Shown here one piece after another: positions 46,121-57,797 of a stretch of 64,000 nucleotides of DNA. The notes under the pieces were generated by a model, which was not told the origin of the DNA, searched no databases, and saw nothing but the letters and a program-made list of their open reading frames with translations. The stretch covers positions 12,532 through 76,531 of the forward strand of contig CAYYZO010000005.1 of NCBI GenBank assembly GCA_964476185.1, read 5' to 3'. The stretch comes from an uncultured Myxococcales bacterium. GTDB taxonomy: Bacteria > Desulfobacterota > Binatia > UBA1149 > CAITLU01. The position numbers were made by a program, and so were the translations under genes. Position 1 is the stretch's first letter. Every line of letters starts with the position of its first letter.

Positions 46121-46281
46121 GCGGGTCGATCGGACTCCCGCTGCCGGCTCCCGGCGCCGAACGGGAGCGCGACCGGAGCCGGCCCGGCCTGCCGAGCATC
46201 TTGTGCGCGCAATGCGGACGCAACAGATTTCCGGAAGTCTTTCCCTTGCCGGACGGGCGGTCCGTGTGTACAGAGTCGGCC

Positions 46282-46842
46282 ATGCTTGGAGAACTGCACG
46301 TCGCCCCGGGACTCCTGATCGCGATGCCGCAGCTTCGTGATCCGAATTTCGACCGCTCGGTCGTGCTGATGATCGAGCACCGCTCCGAAGGATCCTTCGG
46401 GCTCGTCGTGAACCGGCCGACGCGCACGCCGGTCGGCGACCTGCTGAAATCGATCGACGTGGACTGGCACGGGACGAGCCACGAGGTCGCGTGGTCGGGC
46501 GGACCGGTGCAGCCGGAGACCGGATGGATCCTGCACGAGCAGGTCGACGGCCTCGACGGCCTCGGCACGCGCGAGGTTCTTCCCGGCGTCTACATCACGT
46601 CGGCGCCGGACGCGCTTCGCGAACTCGCGAAGCATCCGCCGAAGCGAGTGCGCTTCCTGCTCGGCTACTCGGGATGGGGGCCGGCCCAGCTCGAGCGCGA
46701 ACTGACCGAGACGGCCTGGGTGAACAGCGACGTCGACGCCGACTTCCTGTTCGACACTCCTGCGGCGCTGATGTGGGAAGCGGCCCTGCGCCGCCTGCAC
46801 GTCTCGCCCGAGACCCTCGCCCCATCGCACGGGATTCACTGA
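46282..46842 (+). CDS. YqgE/AlgH family protein (UPF0301)
   Basis: MLGELHVAPGLLIAMPQLRDPNFDRSVVLMIEHRSEGSFGLVVNRP.. is the canonical family N-terminus. 186 aa. Confidence 0.85.
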   Translation: MLGELHVAPGLLIAMPQLRDPNFDRSVVLMIEHRSEGSFGLVVNRPTRTPVGDLLKSIDVDWHGTSHEVAWSGGPVQPETGWILHEQVDGLDGLGTREVLPGVYITSAPDALRELAKHPPKRVRFLLGYSGWGPAQLERELTETAWVNSDVDADFLFDTPAALMWEAALRRLHVSPETLAPSHGIH

Positions 46843-47933
46843 CCCTGGAACCGATCCTCGTCTACGGCGCCACCGGCTACACCGGGCGCCTCGTCGTCCG
46901 GGCCCTCGAGGAAGCGGCCCGTCCGTACGTGGTCGCCGGGCGCAATCGTGCGGCGCTCGACGCGCTGTCCTCCTCGCTCGCGTCGCGTCCCGAGGTCCGC
47001 GTCGCCGACGCCGCCGACAGCGCCTCGCTGCTGCGTGCGTTCGGAGGCATGCGCGCCGTCGTCAGCACGGTCGGCCCGTTCGCGCGCTGGGGCATGCCGG
47101 TGGTGCGCGCCGCGGTCGACCTCGGCGTCCACTACGTCGACACGACCGGCGAGCAGAACTTCCAGATGCAGGTCTACGAGGAACTGCACCGGCGCGCGAT
47201 CAGCACCGGCTCCACCGTCGTGACCGGCGCGGCGTTCGAGTTCACGTTCAGCTACCTCGGCGCGGCCGTGCTCCACGAGCGAAGCGGCCCTCTGCTGACG
47301 ATGAGCTCGTACTACCTGGCCGACGGGTTCCGGCCGACCGTCGGGACGGCGCGCAGCGCGCTCGACATGCTCGGCGCCGAGCTCGTCGCGTTCCGCGACG
47401 GCCGTCTCGTGCCGTTGCCGACGGCGTGGAGTCCGCGCGAGGTCCGCTTCCCCGGCGAGAAGCAGGCCTGGTGGGCCGTCGTGATCCCTGGCGGCGACGC
47501 GGTGATGCTGCCCCTCGACATCCCGCAGCTGCAGTCCGCCAGCTGCCACCTGCTGCTGCCCGAGTGGCAGGCTCGCGCCCTCGCCCCGCTCGCGCACCTG
47601 CAGCCGCGGCTTCGACGCGTGCTCGCGGGGAGCGTCGCGTCGGCGCTCGACCGCGCGCTCGCGCGCTGGCACCGCGACCCGCCGGACGACCAGCGTTCTT
47701 CGGTCCCGTGGAAGGTCTTCGTGCACGGGCAGACGCCGACCGGCAGCCACGTGTTCGTCGCGAGCGGCAGCGACGTCTACGCGGTCTCCGGCGCGGCGGC
47801 AGCGCACACGGCGATCCGGCTCGCGGACGGCGGCGGACGCGACGGCGGCGTGATGACGACCGGAAAGGCCCTGCCCGCGGTCGAGTTCCTCGACGCGATG
47901 CGACCGCACGGCGTGCGCTGGGAACTTCGCTGA
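46839..47933 (+). CDS. saccharopine-dehydrogenase-like NAD(P)-binding protein; start codon unresolved
   Basis: ..ILVYGATGYTGRLVV.. Rossmann N-terminus begins right after the yqgE stop. No ATG, GTG or TTG precedes it in frame locally, only CTG at 46839/46845 and ATC at 46857. The upstream part of track ORF 46491 is junk antisense sequence. Confidence 0.6.
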   Translation: MTLEPILVYGATGYTGRLVVRALEEAARPYVVAGRNRAALDALSSSLASRPEVRVADAADSASLLRAFGGMRAVVSTVGPFARWGMPVVRAAVDLGVHYVDTTGEQNFQMQVYEELHRRAISTGSTVVTGAAFEFTFSYLGAAVLHERSGPLLTMSSYYLADGFRPTVGTARSALDMLGAELVAFRDGRLVPLPTAWSPREVRFPGEKQAWWAVVIPGGDAVMLPLDIPQLQSASCHLLLPEWQARALAPLAHLQPRLRRVLAGSVASALDRALARWHRDPPDDQRSSVPWKVFVHGQTPTGSHVFVASGSDVYAVSGAAAAHTAIRLADGGGRDGGVMTTGKALPAVEFLDAMRPHGVRWELR

Positions 47934-48055
47934 CGGGCTGGCGGGGGCGCGCGCCGGGAACTTCCCGATGCTCCCTCGAGCCGCTGGAGGCGACCCGCCG
48001 CGACGCCGAGCCCTCGAGAGCCCGCCGGGGTTCCCGCCATCGAGGCGGAAAGCGC

Positions 48056-48868
48056 CTACGCGTCGCCGCGGAGCGCGTCGAGCACGGCCAGCGCGTCGCG
48101 CAGCAGCCGCGGCTCGTGCGTGCGGATCATCGTCGCGCCGCGCTCGACCGCGAACAGTTCCGCCGCGAGCGACGCGGCGTCCCGCTGCGCGACGCCGCGA
48201 CCGGCGAGGCGGCCGACCAGCGACTTGCGCGATACCGAGACGAGCAGCGGCAGGCCGTAGCGCGCGCGCAACTCGCCGAGCCGCCGGAGCACCAGCACCG
48301 ACGGCGCGGGGTCGTCGCCGAGGAACAACCCCATGCCCGGATCGAGCACGATGCGCTCGCGGGCGACGCCGGCCGACTCCAGCGCGGCCAGCCGTGCGTC
48401 GAACCACGCGAGCAGTCGCTCCCACACCTGCTGCGGGTCGGTCGCCTCGCGCGTGGCGCGTGCTCCCTCGCGGATCGAGTGCATCACGACGAGGCGCGCC
48501 GGCGACGCAGCGAGTTCGCGATGGAAGGAAGCGTCGGCGAAGCCGCGGATGTCGTTCAGCCACGAGGCCCCGAGCTCGAGCGCGCGCCGCTGCACTTCGC
48601 TTCGCCACGCGTCGACGCTGACCGCCACGCCGCGGCCGACGAGCTCGCGCAGGACCGGCTCGAGCCGGCGGATCTCCTCGGCCGCGCCGACGTCCTCGGC
48701 CTCCGGATGGCTCGACGCGGCGCCGACATCGACGACGTCGGCGCCGTCGGCAACCATGCCGAGCGCGTGCGCGACGGCGGCCTGCGGATCGAGGTAACGC
48801 CCGCCGTCCGAGAACGAGTCGCGCGTAACGTTGAGGATGCCGAGGATCGTGACGCCGGCGGTGGGCAC
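48056..48868 (-). CDS. folP: dihydropteroate synthase
   Basis: ..VTILGILNVTRDSFSDGG..VDVGAASSHP..DPGMGLFLG.. gives the pterin-binding DHPS motifs. Confidence 0.9.
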   Translation of the reverse strand: MPTAGVTILGILNVTRDSFSDGGRYLDPQAAVAHALGMVADGADVVDVGAASSHPEAEDVGAAEEIRRLEPVLRELVGRGVAVSVDAWRSEVQRRALELGASWLNDIRGFADASFHRELAASPARLVVMHSIREGARATREATDPQQVWERLLAWFDARLAALESAGVARERIVLDPGMGLFLGDDPAPSVLVLRRLGELRARYGLPLLVSVSRKSLVGRLAGRGVAQRDAASLAAELFAVERGATMIRTHEPRLLRDALAVLDALRGDA

Positions 48869-48926
48869 GAGCGCACTGTGCGCGATGGGGCGGCAGACAC
48901 AAGCGCATCGCCGCGTCCGCGGCGAT

Positions 48927-49901
48927 TCAGCCGGCGCGGCGCTCGCGCGTGGCCACGAGCAGCAGCGCGCCGCTGACGACCAGCGCCGCCCCGACGAGGG
49001 AGCCGGCGTCCGGCGTCTCGCCGAACCACAGCGCGCCCCAGGCGGTCGCGAACACGACCTGCGTGTAGGTCAGCGCCGTCGCGCGCGTCGCCGACTCGTG
49101 CTGCAGGCCGCGCGTGAACCAGACCTGTCCCGCCTGCGTCGTCACGCCGATGCCGGCGAGGACCGCCCACTCCCATCCCCGCGGCATCACGGCCGAGTGC
49201 AGCAGCGACGGGAGGGTCGCCGGCAGCGTGACGAGCGGGAAGTAGAAGACGATCACGAGTGGATGCTCGAGCGCGGTCAGCCGTTTGACGCCGACGTACG
49301 CGATCGCCGTGAAGAGCGCGCCGAGCACGGCGATCGAGACGTCGAACAGCGGGGGGCCGCCCGCGAGCGCTCCGAACACGAACGACGGCTTGGCAACGAG
49401 CACGACGCCGGCCAGGCCCGCGAGGCCGGCGGCCGCGATGCCGGGCGTCGGGCGCTCCCCGAGCAGCGCCGTCGCCAGCACGGCCGTGAAGATCGGGTAC
49501 AGGTACTGCAGCACCGTCGCGTCGGACAGCGGCATCACCGTGACCGAGCGGAACACGCACGAGAGCGCGAGGTACCCGAGCAGCCCGCGGAAGAAGAGCA
49601 TCCGGCGGTGCGTTCCCCACGGCGAGACGCCCGCGCGCCGCACGAGCCACCAGCTGAGCACGAGGCTCACGGCCGCCCTCGCCGCGACGATCTCCTGGGT
49701 CGGGAGGCGCTGGCCCGCGATCTTCACGAGCGCGCTCATCAGGCTGAACGCGAACGCGCCGGCGACGATGTAGACGACGCCGATCCCGACACGGCGCGGG
49801 TTCGAGCCCGCCCCGGGGCTCGCCACCGGAAGCGCCGTCGCGGGGTCGGCCACCAGACCGCCCGCGTCGACTCCGCGCGCCTCTTCGCCCACGACTTCCA
49901 A
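48927..49901 (-). CDS. EamA/DMT family transporter
   Basis: 324 aa with about 10 TM helices and the two EamA repeats. Confidence 0.8.
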   Translation of the reverse strand: MEVVGEEARGVDAGGLVADPATALPVASPGAGSNPRRVGIGVVYIVAGAFAFSLMSALVKIAGQRLPTQEIVAARAAVSLVLSWWLVRRAGVSPWGTHRRMLFFRGLLGYLALSCVFRSVTVMPLSDATVLQYLYPIFTAVLATALLGERPTPGIAAAGLAGLAGVVLVAKPSFVFGALAGGPPLFDVSIAVLGALFTAIAYVGVKRLTALEHPLVIVFYFPLVTLPATLPSLLHSAVMPRGWEWAVLAGIGVTTQAGQVWFTRGLQHESATRATALTYTQVVFATAWGALWFGETPDAGSLVGAALVVSGALLLVATRERRAG

Positions 49902-49919
49902 CGGGGCTGGCCGACGCCG

Positions 49920-50129
49920 TCAGCGATCGCCGAACAGCCGCATCAGCAGCCAGAGGGCGAGGTTCACGAGGAGCAGCGTCGTCAGCGGGAAATAGAACCG
50001 GAAGTTCTCGCGCTCGTACGCGATGTCGCCGGGCAACCGGCCGAGCCCGAGTTTTGCGACCAGCGGCCACGCCAGCCCGACGGCGACGAGCACGAGCCCG
50101 GCGAAGACGAGCGCGCGAGAAACGCTCAC
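49920..50129 (-). CDS. DUF2905 family small membrane protein
   Basis: ..LVAKLGLGRLPGDIAYERENFRFYFPLTTLLLVNLALWLL... The GTG start overlaps the phzF stop as GTGA. Confidence 0.6.
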   Translation of the reverse strand: MSVSRALVFAGLVLVAVGLAWPLVAKLGLGRLPGDIAYERENFRFYFPLTTLLLVNLALWLLMRLFGDR

Positions 50130-51001
50130 GCGACCTCCCCGCGCGCGACCAGGGCGACCTTGCCCGCGACGTCCACGCCCTCCGGGCCGGCGCCCAGGTA
50201 CAGACACGACGGACGCCCGATCTCGTATCCCTGCTGCACGCGGACGCGCACGCGATCGCTGCCGAAGTACCGCTCGGCGGAAAGCCAGGCCGCCAGGCAC
50301 GCCGCCGCCGAGCCGGTCGCCGGGTCCTCGCGAATGCCGAGCGCATCGAAGAAGACCCGCGCCGAAAGGTCCCCGCCCGGCTCGTACGCCTCGGGCGAGA
50401 ACGCGAGCACGCCGAGCATCTGTCCGGGCACGCCCGCCGGCAGGGAACGCGGCTGCGCCGCGCGCAGCGCCTCGAGGCTCCGCAGCGCAACGATCACGAA
50501 CTCGACGCCGATGCCGACGCGGCGGGGCGCGTGGCGAGGATCGATCGCGTCGACCGGGAGCGACAGGTGCCGCGCGGCCTCGGCCGCCGCGACGTTCTCC
50601 CCAAGCACCGGCGTGCGCGGTCGCATGCGCACGAGCTCGCCCATCTCCGTCCTGTCGAACTCCACGGGAACGACGCCGATCCCGAGGCGCAGGGCGATCG
50701 CCGTTCGCAACCGCCGGTCGCGCAGATGGCGGCGCAGCACCCAGGCCGTGCCCAGCGTCGGATGACCCGCGAACGGCAGCTCCTCGGCCGGCGTGAAGAT
50801 GCGCACGTCGTAGGCCCCGTCGCGCTCCGCGGGCGTCGCGAACGTCGTCTCGGAGAAGTTCATCTCGCGAGCGAACGCCTGCATGCGCTCGGGCGGCCAC
50901 CGGTCGGGCATCGCGCCGACGACCACGGCGAGCTGGTTTCCGGCGTAGGGCCGCTCGGCGAAGACGTCGACGAGATACAACCTCGGCGAGGACGCGGGCA
51001 T
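50126..51001 (-). CDS. PhzF family phenazine-biosynthesis-like isomerase
   Basis: ..YLVDVFAERPYAGNQLAVV..FSETTF..FTPAEELPFAGHPTLGTAWVL.. is the PhzF/DAP-epimerase-like fold. Confidence 0.85.
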   Translation of the reverse strand: MPASSPRLYLVDVFAERPYAGNQLAVVVGAMPDRWPPERMQAFAREMNFSETTFATPAERDGAYDVRIFTPAEELPFAGHPTLGTAWVLRRHLRDRRLRTAIALRLGIGVVPVEFDRTEMGELVRMRPRTPVLGENVAAAEAARHLSLPVDAIDPRHAPRRVGIGVEFVIVALRSLEALRAAQPRSLPAGVPGQMLGVLAFSPEAYEPGGDLSARVFFDALGIREDPATGSAAACLAAWLSAERYFGSDRVRVRVQQGYEIGRPSCLYLGAGPEGVDVAGKVALVARGEVA

Positions 51002-51100
51002 GCGCCATCCTGTCCGACGCGCGGCGCGGTGCCAAAACGACGCGAGCCCCGGGAAGCAGGCTTCCCGGGGCTCGCGAGGTTTGCCGCGGACCGGCCCACG

Positions 51101-52414
<1,314 letters not shown>

Positions 52415-52574
52415 CGTTCTCGACGAAAAACAGCCTTGCATCGGTACCTCCTGAGTTCGGGTTGCGGCCAGAAGCAGGGAGCACCATCGCAGCCGCGGCG
52501 ACTCAAGACAAGGTCGTGTCTCGCAGCTGCGACTCGACGGTGCCGCGCTTGAAGACGGATTCAGCAGACCAGGA

Positions 52575-52944
52575 TCAGGCGCCGAAGAACGACTCCCACG
52601 GCACGAGCAGCAACAACCCGATCGCGGCTTCCATCACGATGGCGCCGATATTCGCGCCCGAACGGCTGTTGTCGCGCACGAACGAGAATGCACGCGCCGA
52701 AGCCGCGCCGATCCACGCCACGCCGAGCGCGCGGAAGATGTCCGGGGATTGCGCGATCATGGCAACGAGGCCGAGCGCGAGGAAGAGGCCCCCATACGTG
52801 GCGCGGATTTCCGAGACGCCGCGCTCGCCCTCCGGAACGATGCCGACGAGACTCGCGACCCCCCAGGGCCAGAACAACCCGAAGACGCCGAGCCCGAGGG
52901 TGACGAACGCTCCGAACGTATTGACGCTGACGGGCAGATCCATG
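52575..52944 (-). CDS. DUF4345-like small membrane protein
   Basis: MDLPVSVNTFGAFVTLGLGVFGLFWPW.. has 4 TM helices. The ATG at 52944 is internal to the 193-aa track ORF. Confidence 0.5.
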
Positions 52945-53115
52945 CGAATCCCTCCACTCCGGTCGCGGCGACCGGTCGCGAGCTCCTTCCTATCCGGGAC
53001 ACCCTGCGACAGAAACCCGGCGGATTCGGCGCCGCCGTGCGTCATTTGTGCGCGATGCCGAACCGCGCGATAGCACGATCTCCGGCTCGACCGCCGGCCG
53101 GACAGGAGCAGATCC

Positions 53116-54687
53116 ATGGCCCGATACGCGTACGATCGCCTGACCGCCCTCGACAACTCGTTCCTGATCCTCGAGAAACCGAACGCCTACATGCACGTGG
53201 CCTCGACCCTCGTGTTCGAGTCGGGCCCGCTCGCCACGGCGGACGGCGGGGTCGACGCCGACGCGATCCGCCAGCTCTTCGCGTCGTCGCTGCACCTGAT
53301 CCCGCGCTATCGCCAGAAGCTCGCCTACGTTCCGTTCACGAGCCAGCCCGTGTGGGTCGACGACGACCGCTTCAACCTCGACTACCACATCCGGCACTCG
53401 GCGCTGCCGCGTCCGGGAACCGAAGCGCAGCTCAAGCGATTGTCCGGCCGCATCATGCAACAGCACCTCGACCGCCAGCGCCCGCTGTGGGAGTTGTGGA
53501 TCATCGAGGGCCTGTCCGGCGACCGCTTCGCGCTGATCTCGAAAGTCCACCACTGCATGATCGACGGCATGTCCGGCGTCGACATGCTGAAGATCCTGCT
53601 GAGCCCGTTCGAGCAGCAGGACGTGCACGAAACCCCGCAGTTCATCCCGCGGCCGACTCCTTCCGGTGTCGAGCTGCTGCGCGACGAGGCCGCGCACTGG
53701 GCAAAGCTTCCGCTCGAGGCCGCACGCGGCATCGGCAGCCTGGTCGCGGCGGCGGAGGACACGCAGCGCGACCTCCTCACGCGCGGCCGCGCCGTCGCCG
53801 AGACGCTCGGCGCGTCGTTCCGCACGGCGTCGGCGACGCCGCTCAACGGCGAGATCGGACCGCACCGCCGCTTCGACTGGCTGACGATGAGCCTCGCGGA
53901 CATCAAGGCCGTGCGGCGCGTGCTCGGAGGTTCGCTCAACGACATCGTGCTGACCGTCGTGACCGGCGCCGTGCGGCGCTTCCTGCAGCGCCGGCTCGTC
54001 GACCCGCGCCGCATCGACTTCCGCGTGCTCACGCCGGTCAGCGTGCGCGCGGAGGACGAACGCGGCGCGCTCGGCAATCGCGTGTCCGCCTGGACCGTGG
54101 ACCTGCCGATCGGCGAGGAAGACCCGCGGCGCCAGCTCGAGACGATCCGGCGCACCACGGCCGACCTGAAGGCGTCCCGGCGCGCCGTCGGCGCGGAAGT
54201 GCTCACGCAGGTCGCGGAGTGGACGCCGTCCACGCTGCTTTCGCTGGCCGGCCGCAACATGACGCGGCTGCTGCCGTTCAACATGGTCGTGACGAACGTG
54301 CCGGGGCCCCAGTTCCCGATGTACATGCTCGGGGCGCGGCTGCTCGAGACGTTCCCGCACGTGCCGCTCGTCGACAACCTCGGACTCGGCATCGCGCTGC
54401 TCAGCTACGACGGAAGGCTCTGCTGGGGATTCAACGCGGACTACGACCTCGTCCCGGACCTGGCCGCTTACGTCAAGGCGACGCGCGAGGCCTTCGAGGA
54501 ACTCCAGGTCCTCGCCGAGCGCGTCCAGGCCTCGTCGTCGCAGCGCGGCGGCGAACAGGCTCGACGAAAGACGACGACGCGCGGCGCCGGGATCACCGCG
54601 ACCGATTCCTCGGCGACGACGACGTCTTCCGATCCCGATGCCTCTGCGGAAGCAGGACACACCAGCGGCGCGACGCACCTGACGTGA
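53116..54687 (+). CDS. wax ester synthase / acyl-CoA:diacylglycerol acyltransferase (WS/DGAT)
   Basis: Catalytic HHxxxDG motif (..KVHHCMIDGMSGV..) and family blocks ..PLWELWIIEGL.., ..NVPGPQFPMY... A Shine-Dalgarno sequence (GGAGCAG) lies upstream. Confidence 0.85.
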   Translation: MARYAYDRLTALDNSFLILEKPNAYMHVASTLVFESGPLATADGGVDADAIRQLFASSLHLIPRYRQKLAYVPFTSQPVWVDDDRFNLDYHIRHSALPRPGTEAQLKRLSGRIMQQHLDRQRPLWELWIIEGLSGDRFALISKVHHCMIDGMSGVDMLKILLSPFEQQDVHETPQFIPRPTPSGVELLRDEAAHWAKLPLEAARGIGSLVAAAEDTQRDLLTRGRAVAETLGASFRTASATPLNGEIGPHRRFDWLTMSLADIKAVRRVLGGSLNDIVLTVVTGAVRRFLQRRLVDPRRIDFRVLTPVSVRAEDERGALGNRVSAWTVDLPIGEEDPRRQLETIRRTTADLKASRRAVGAEVLTQVAEWTPSTLLSLAGRNMTRLLPFNMVVTNVPGPQFPMYMLGARLLETFPHVPLVDNLGLGIALLSYDGRLCWGFNADYDLVPDLAAYVKATREAFEELQVLAERVQASSSQRGGEQARRKTTTRGAGITATDSSATTTSSDPDASAEAGHTSGATHLT

Positions 54688-54689
54688 GC

Positions 54690-54712
54690 GGACGGCGCGC
54701 CGATTTTTTGGC
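54690..54712 (+). terminator. possible intrinsic terminator after WS/DGAT (weak)
   Basis: The GC palindrome gaCGGCGCGCCGatttttt sits immediately after the stop codon and is followed by a T6 tract. The stem is short. Confidence 0.3.
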
Positions 54713-54772
54713 TTGCCAAGAGTCCAGCGGGTTCGCACATTGTGACGGGCAGGACTGTCTTCCTCTCGGCCG

Positions 54773-56065
54773 ATGAGGCAGTTTGACACGATGGCATCGT
54801 ATCCTTCTCCCGAGAACGTGCTCGTCGAGGCCACCACGGTTTCGCGACAGGATCCCGCCCAGAGCGCAAGCTCCGTCGAGGGCTACATCCATCCGGACTT
54901 TTGGAGCGTCGCGCGGCTCTTCAAGTCGCTGATTCCCGGCGGCCACGGCGGCGCGGCGCTGTGCATCTTCCATCGCGGCCGCAAGGTCGTCGATCTCTGG
55001 GGAGGGACGTCCGACGCTGCCGGCACGAGCTGGACGTCCGAGACCGCGTCGATGTCGTACTCGACGACCAAGGGCGTCGCGTCGACTCTGCTGCACGTCC
55101 TCGCCGACAAGGGACTCCTCGACTACGACGAACCCGTCGCGAAGCACTGGCCGGAATTCGCATACGCGGGAAAAGGCAAGATCACGATCCGCCAGGTCCT
55201 TTGCCACGAGGCCGGACTCTACGACATCCGCAGCATGATCGACCATGCACGGCGGATGCTCGACTGGGAATACATGGTGCGCGCACTCGAGGCCGCGCAC
55301 CCGATCCATGAACCCGGCAAGTCGCACGGCTACCACGGCCTGACCTACGGCTACCTGGTCGGCGAGATCATCCAGCGCGTCACGGGCAAGCCGTTCCGGC
55401 AGGTCCTCGAGGAGGAGATCACCCGGCCGCTCGACCTCGACGGCCTGTTCATCGGCCTCCCCGCCGACCAGGCCCACCGCAAGGCGACGCTCGCGCTGGC
55501 CGGGCCGCAGGCGCAGCGCGGAGGCGCCGACCGCACGCGCGCGTACCTCGCCGCGATCAACCGCTGGCTGCGCATGCTCGGCATCCCGGTGGACCTTCGC
55601 GAAGCCGAACGCGCGCTGATCCCTCACGGCATCGACGAAGTCGACTTCAACTCGCCCGAGTTCGCGGCGGCCTGCATCCCGTCGGCCAACGGCGTGTTCA
55701 CGGCGCGTTCGCTCGCGACGCTGTACGCGGCGCTCGCGTCCGGCGGCGAGCTCGGGGGCGTGCGGCTCGTCTCGGAGCAGACGCTGCACCGCGCGTCCAC
55801 GATCCAGAACCGCACGGTCGACCGCGTCGTGCCGTTCCCGATGCAGTGGCGCCTCGGTTACCACCGCCCGTTCACGATCGGGCTCGGCGGCGGGATCCGC
55901 CACGGGATCGGGCACTTCGGGTTCGGCGGGTCCGGCGCGTGGGCCGACTTCGAGCGCGACCTCGCGGTCGCGCTGACGCTGAACAGCGGCGTCGGCACGC
56001 CGTTCGGCGACCTTCGCATCGTCCGCGTGAGCACGGCGGCCGTGCGCTGCGCCGACCGACGCTGA
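54773..56065 (+). CDS. serine hydrolase, beta-lactamase/esterase (class C-like) family
   Basis: S-x-x-K active site (..ASMSYSTTKGV..) and ..YHGLTYGYLVGEII... There is an alternative start at 54791. Confidence 0.85.
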   Translation: MRQFDTMASYPSPENVLVEATTVSRQDPAQSASSVEGYIHPDFWSVARLFKSLIPGGHGGAALCIFHRGRKVVDLWGGTSDAAGTSWTSETASMSYSTTKGVASTLLHVLADKGLLDYDEPVAKHWPEFAYAGKGKITIRQVLCHEAGLYDIRSMIDHARRMLDWEYMVRALEAAHPIHEPGKSHGYHGLTYGYLVGEIIQRVTGKPFRQVLEEEITRPLDLDGLFIGLPADQAHRKATLALAGPQAQRGGADRTRAYLAAINRWLRMLGIPVDLREAERALIPHGIDEVDFNSPEFAAACIPSANGVFTARSLATLYAALASGGELGGVRLVSEQTLHRASTIQNRTVDRVVPFPMQWRLGYHRPFTIGLGGGIRHGIGHFGFGGSGAWADFERDLAVALTLNSGVGTPFGDLRIVRVSTAAVRCADRR

Positions 56066-56210
56066 CCGGCCGCGCCGGACGCTCGCGCCGACCGGCCGCC
56101 GCAACGCTCGCCACCCCGCCTCCTTCCACCGGCGTCCGCCCGCTTCACCCGCACGGAAATCCGGCGGGCGCATGGACCCGCCGGGCGGGCTCTTCTAGGA
56201 TGACCAGATC

Positions 56211-57764
56211 ATGAAGCGCGACATGCGGTTGGTGGCAGCACGGCGGCTCGTCGTGCTCGTTCCCGCTCTCGCAGCGGCCCTGCTGGCCGGCTGCTCGGGC
56301 GGTTCGCCGTTCCAGAAGAAGGACTCGATCGAGGAAGGCACGGCCGCCGCGCGGCGCGAGGCTGAAGCCGCGGCGGCGGCCCAGGCGGCGGCCGGCGATC
56401 CGGGCCTGCAAGGCACGTCGTCGACGATCCCCTCGCTGGTGCCCGGGGAAGGCCGCGTCGTGCTGCCCGCCCCGGACGCTCCGCCGCCGACGGCGCCCCC
56501 CGAGGACCAGTTCGACGACGACAACCCCCAGCACCTGCTCGCGCGCTGCCGGGATCGCTCCGCGCGCCAGCAGTGGTTCGACGCGGTCGGCGACTGCCGG
56601 CGCGCCTCGGACCTCGACCCGAAGAACATCGAACCGCAAGTCGAGTTGATGCGCCTGCTCGTCACGCTGCAGTCGTACAGCGACGCCGAAAAGTCGGCGA
56701 GGGCCGTGATCGCCGCGAGGCCGAACGATCCCGTGGCCTGGTACTACCTCGCGTGGTCCTACCGCGGCAGGGACGAGTACCCGCAGGCGATCGACGCGCT
56801 CGGCCGCGCCGTCGCCCTCGACCCGAAGCGCGTCGAGTTCGTGCAGGCCCTCGGCTTGACCTACTGCCTCGCCGAGAATTTCGGGAAGGGCATCGAGACG
56901 CTGGAGCAGGCGCTCGCGATGCGGCCAGGCGACGCGAAGATCCAGGCGATGATCACGGAGGCGCGCGCCCAGCTGGCCGAGAAGCTCGCGCCGTACCTGA
57001 AGCTCGTGCGCGAACACCCCGAGTCGTACGACAATCATGCGGCCCTCGGCTTCATGTACCAGAAGTACGGGCTGTCGCAGCACGCGCTGAAGGCCTACGA
57101 CTCCGCGCTCGCGAAGATCCCGGTCCCGCTGCCCGAACAGGACGCCGAGACGAAGAAGATCGCCGCGCAGATTTACTACAACCGCGGAGCCGTCTACCGC
57201 GAGCTCGGTCGGCCGGATCTCGCCGAGGCTGCCGTGTGGCAGTCGATGCAACTCGACCCGACGCTCGGCGCGGTCGGCTGGTACATGATCGGGCTTTCGC
57301 GTTACGACGCCGGCAAGTACGAGCCGGCGATCGAGGCGCTGCGCCGCTCCATCGACCTCGAGCCGAACGTCGCCGAGAATCGCCTGGCGCTCGCGGACGC
57401 CTACGACAAGGCCGGGCGCGGCTCCGAGGCGCGCGAGCAGCGCAACGCCGCCCGGGCCATCCGGGAACGCCGCCAGGCCGAGAAGGACGAGATCACGAAC
57501 GAGTACCGCGCGCGCGAGCAGGAAGAGGAAGCGAAGGCGGCGGCCGCGGCTGCGGCGACAGCGCCCGCAGCGCCGGCGGCAACAGCCGTTCCGCCGGTTG
57601 CCGATCCTGTTCCTGCGGCAGCGCCGGCGGCAAGTCCCGCCGCGCCGGCCGGCGATCCCGCGGGCACGCCGTCCGCGCCGGCAACGCCACCGTCCGCGAC
57701 CGCAGCACCGTCCGCGGCCGTGGCACCCGTCGTCGCGCCGGCGGCAAGCCCCGCCGCCGAATGA
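56211..57764 (+). CDS. tetratricopeptide-repeat protein, secreted/lipoprotein, with C-terminal Ala/Pro-rich low-complexity tail
   Basis: Signal peptide with lipobox (..LLAGCSG). Multiple TPR units (..AWYYLAWSYRGRDEYPQAIDALGRAVALDP..). The C-terminal ~90 aa are an (A/P)-rich low-complexity tail. Confidence 0.8.
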   Translation: MKRDMRLVAARRLVVLVPALAAALLAGCSGGSPFQKKDSIEEGTAAARREAEAAAAAQAAAGDPGLQGTSSTIPSLVPGEGRVVLPAPDAPPPTAPPEDQFDDDNPQHLLARCRDRSARQQWFDAVGDCRRASDLDPKNIEPQVELMRLLVTLQSYSDAEKSARAVIAARPNDPVAWYYLAWSYRGRDEYPQAIDALGRAVALDPKRVEFVQALGLTYCLAENFGKGIETLEQALAMRPGDAKIQAMITEARAQLAEKLAPYLKLVREHPESYDNHAALGFMYQKYGLSQHALKAYDSALAKIPVPLPEQDAETKKIAAQIYYNRGAVYRELGRPDLAEAAVWQSMQLDPTLGAVGWYMIGLSRYDAGKYEPAIEALRRSIDLEPNVAENRLALADAYDKAGRGSEAREQRNAARAIRERRQAEKDEITNEYRAREQEEEAKAAAAAAATAPAAPAATAVPPVADPVPAAAPAASPAAPAGDPAGTPSAPATPPSATAAPSAAVAPVVAPAASPAAE

Positions 57765-57797
57765 CCGGGCGCCGAGCTTGCCTCGCGGAGGAACGCC

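Noticed and set aside
56148-56171. Hairpin CCGGCGGG-cgcatgga-CCCGCCGG upstream of the TPR gene
   Set aside because: An 8-bp stem but followed only by a weak 'tcttct'. It could attenuate or terminate the esterase transcript, but there is no clear U-run. Left unannotated.
57540-57764. Ala/Pro-rich repetitive DNA at the 3' end of the TPR gene
   Set aside because: This is coding low complexity (a C-terminal A/P-rich tail), not a discrete tandem-repeat element. No exact repeat unit is present.
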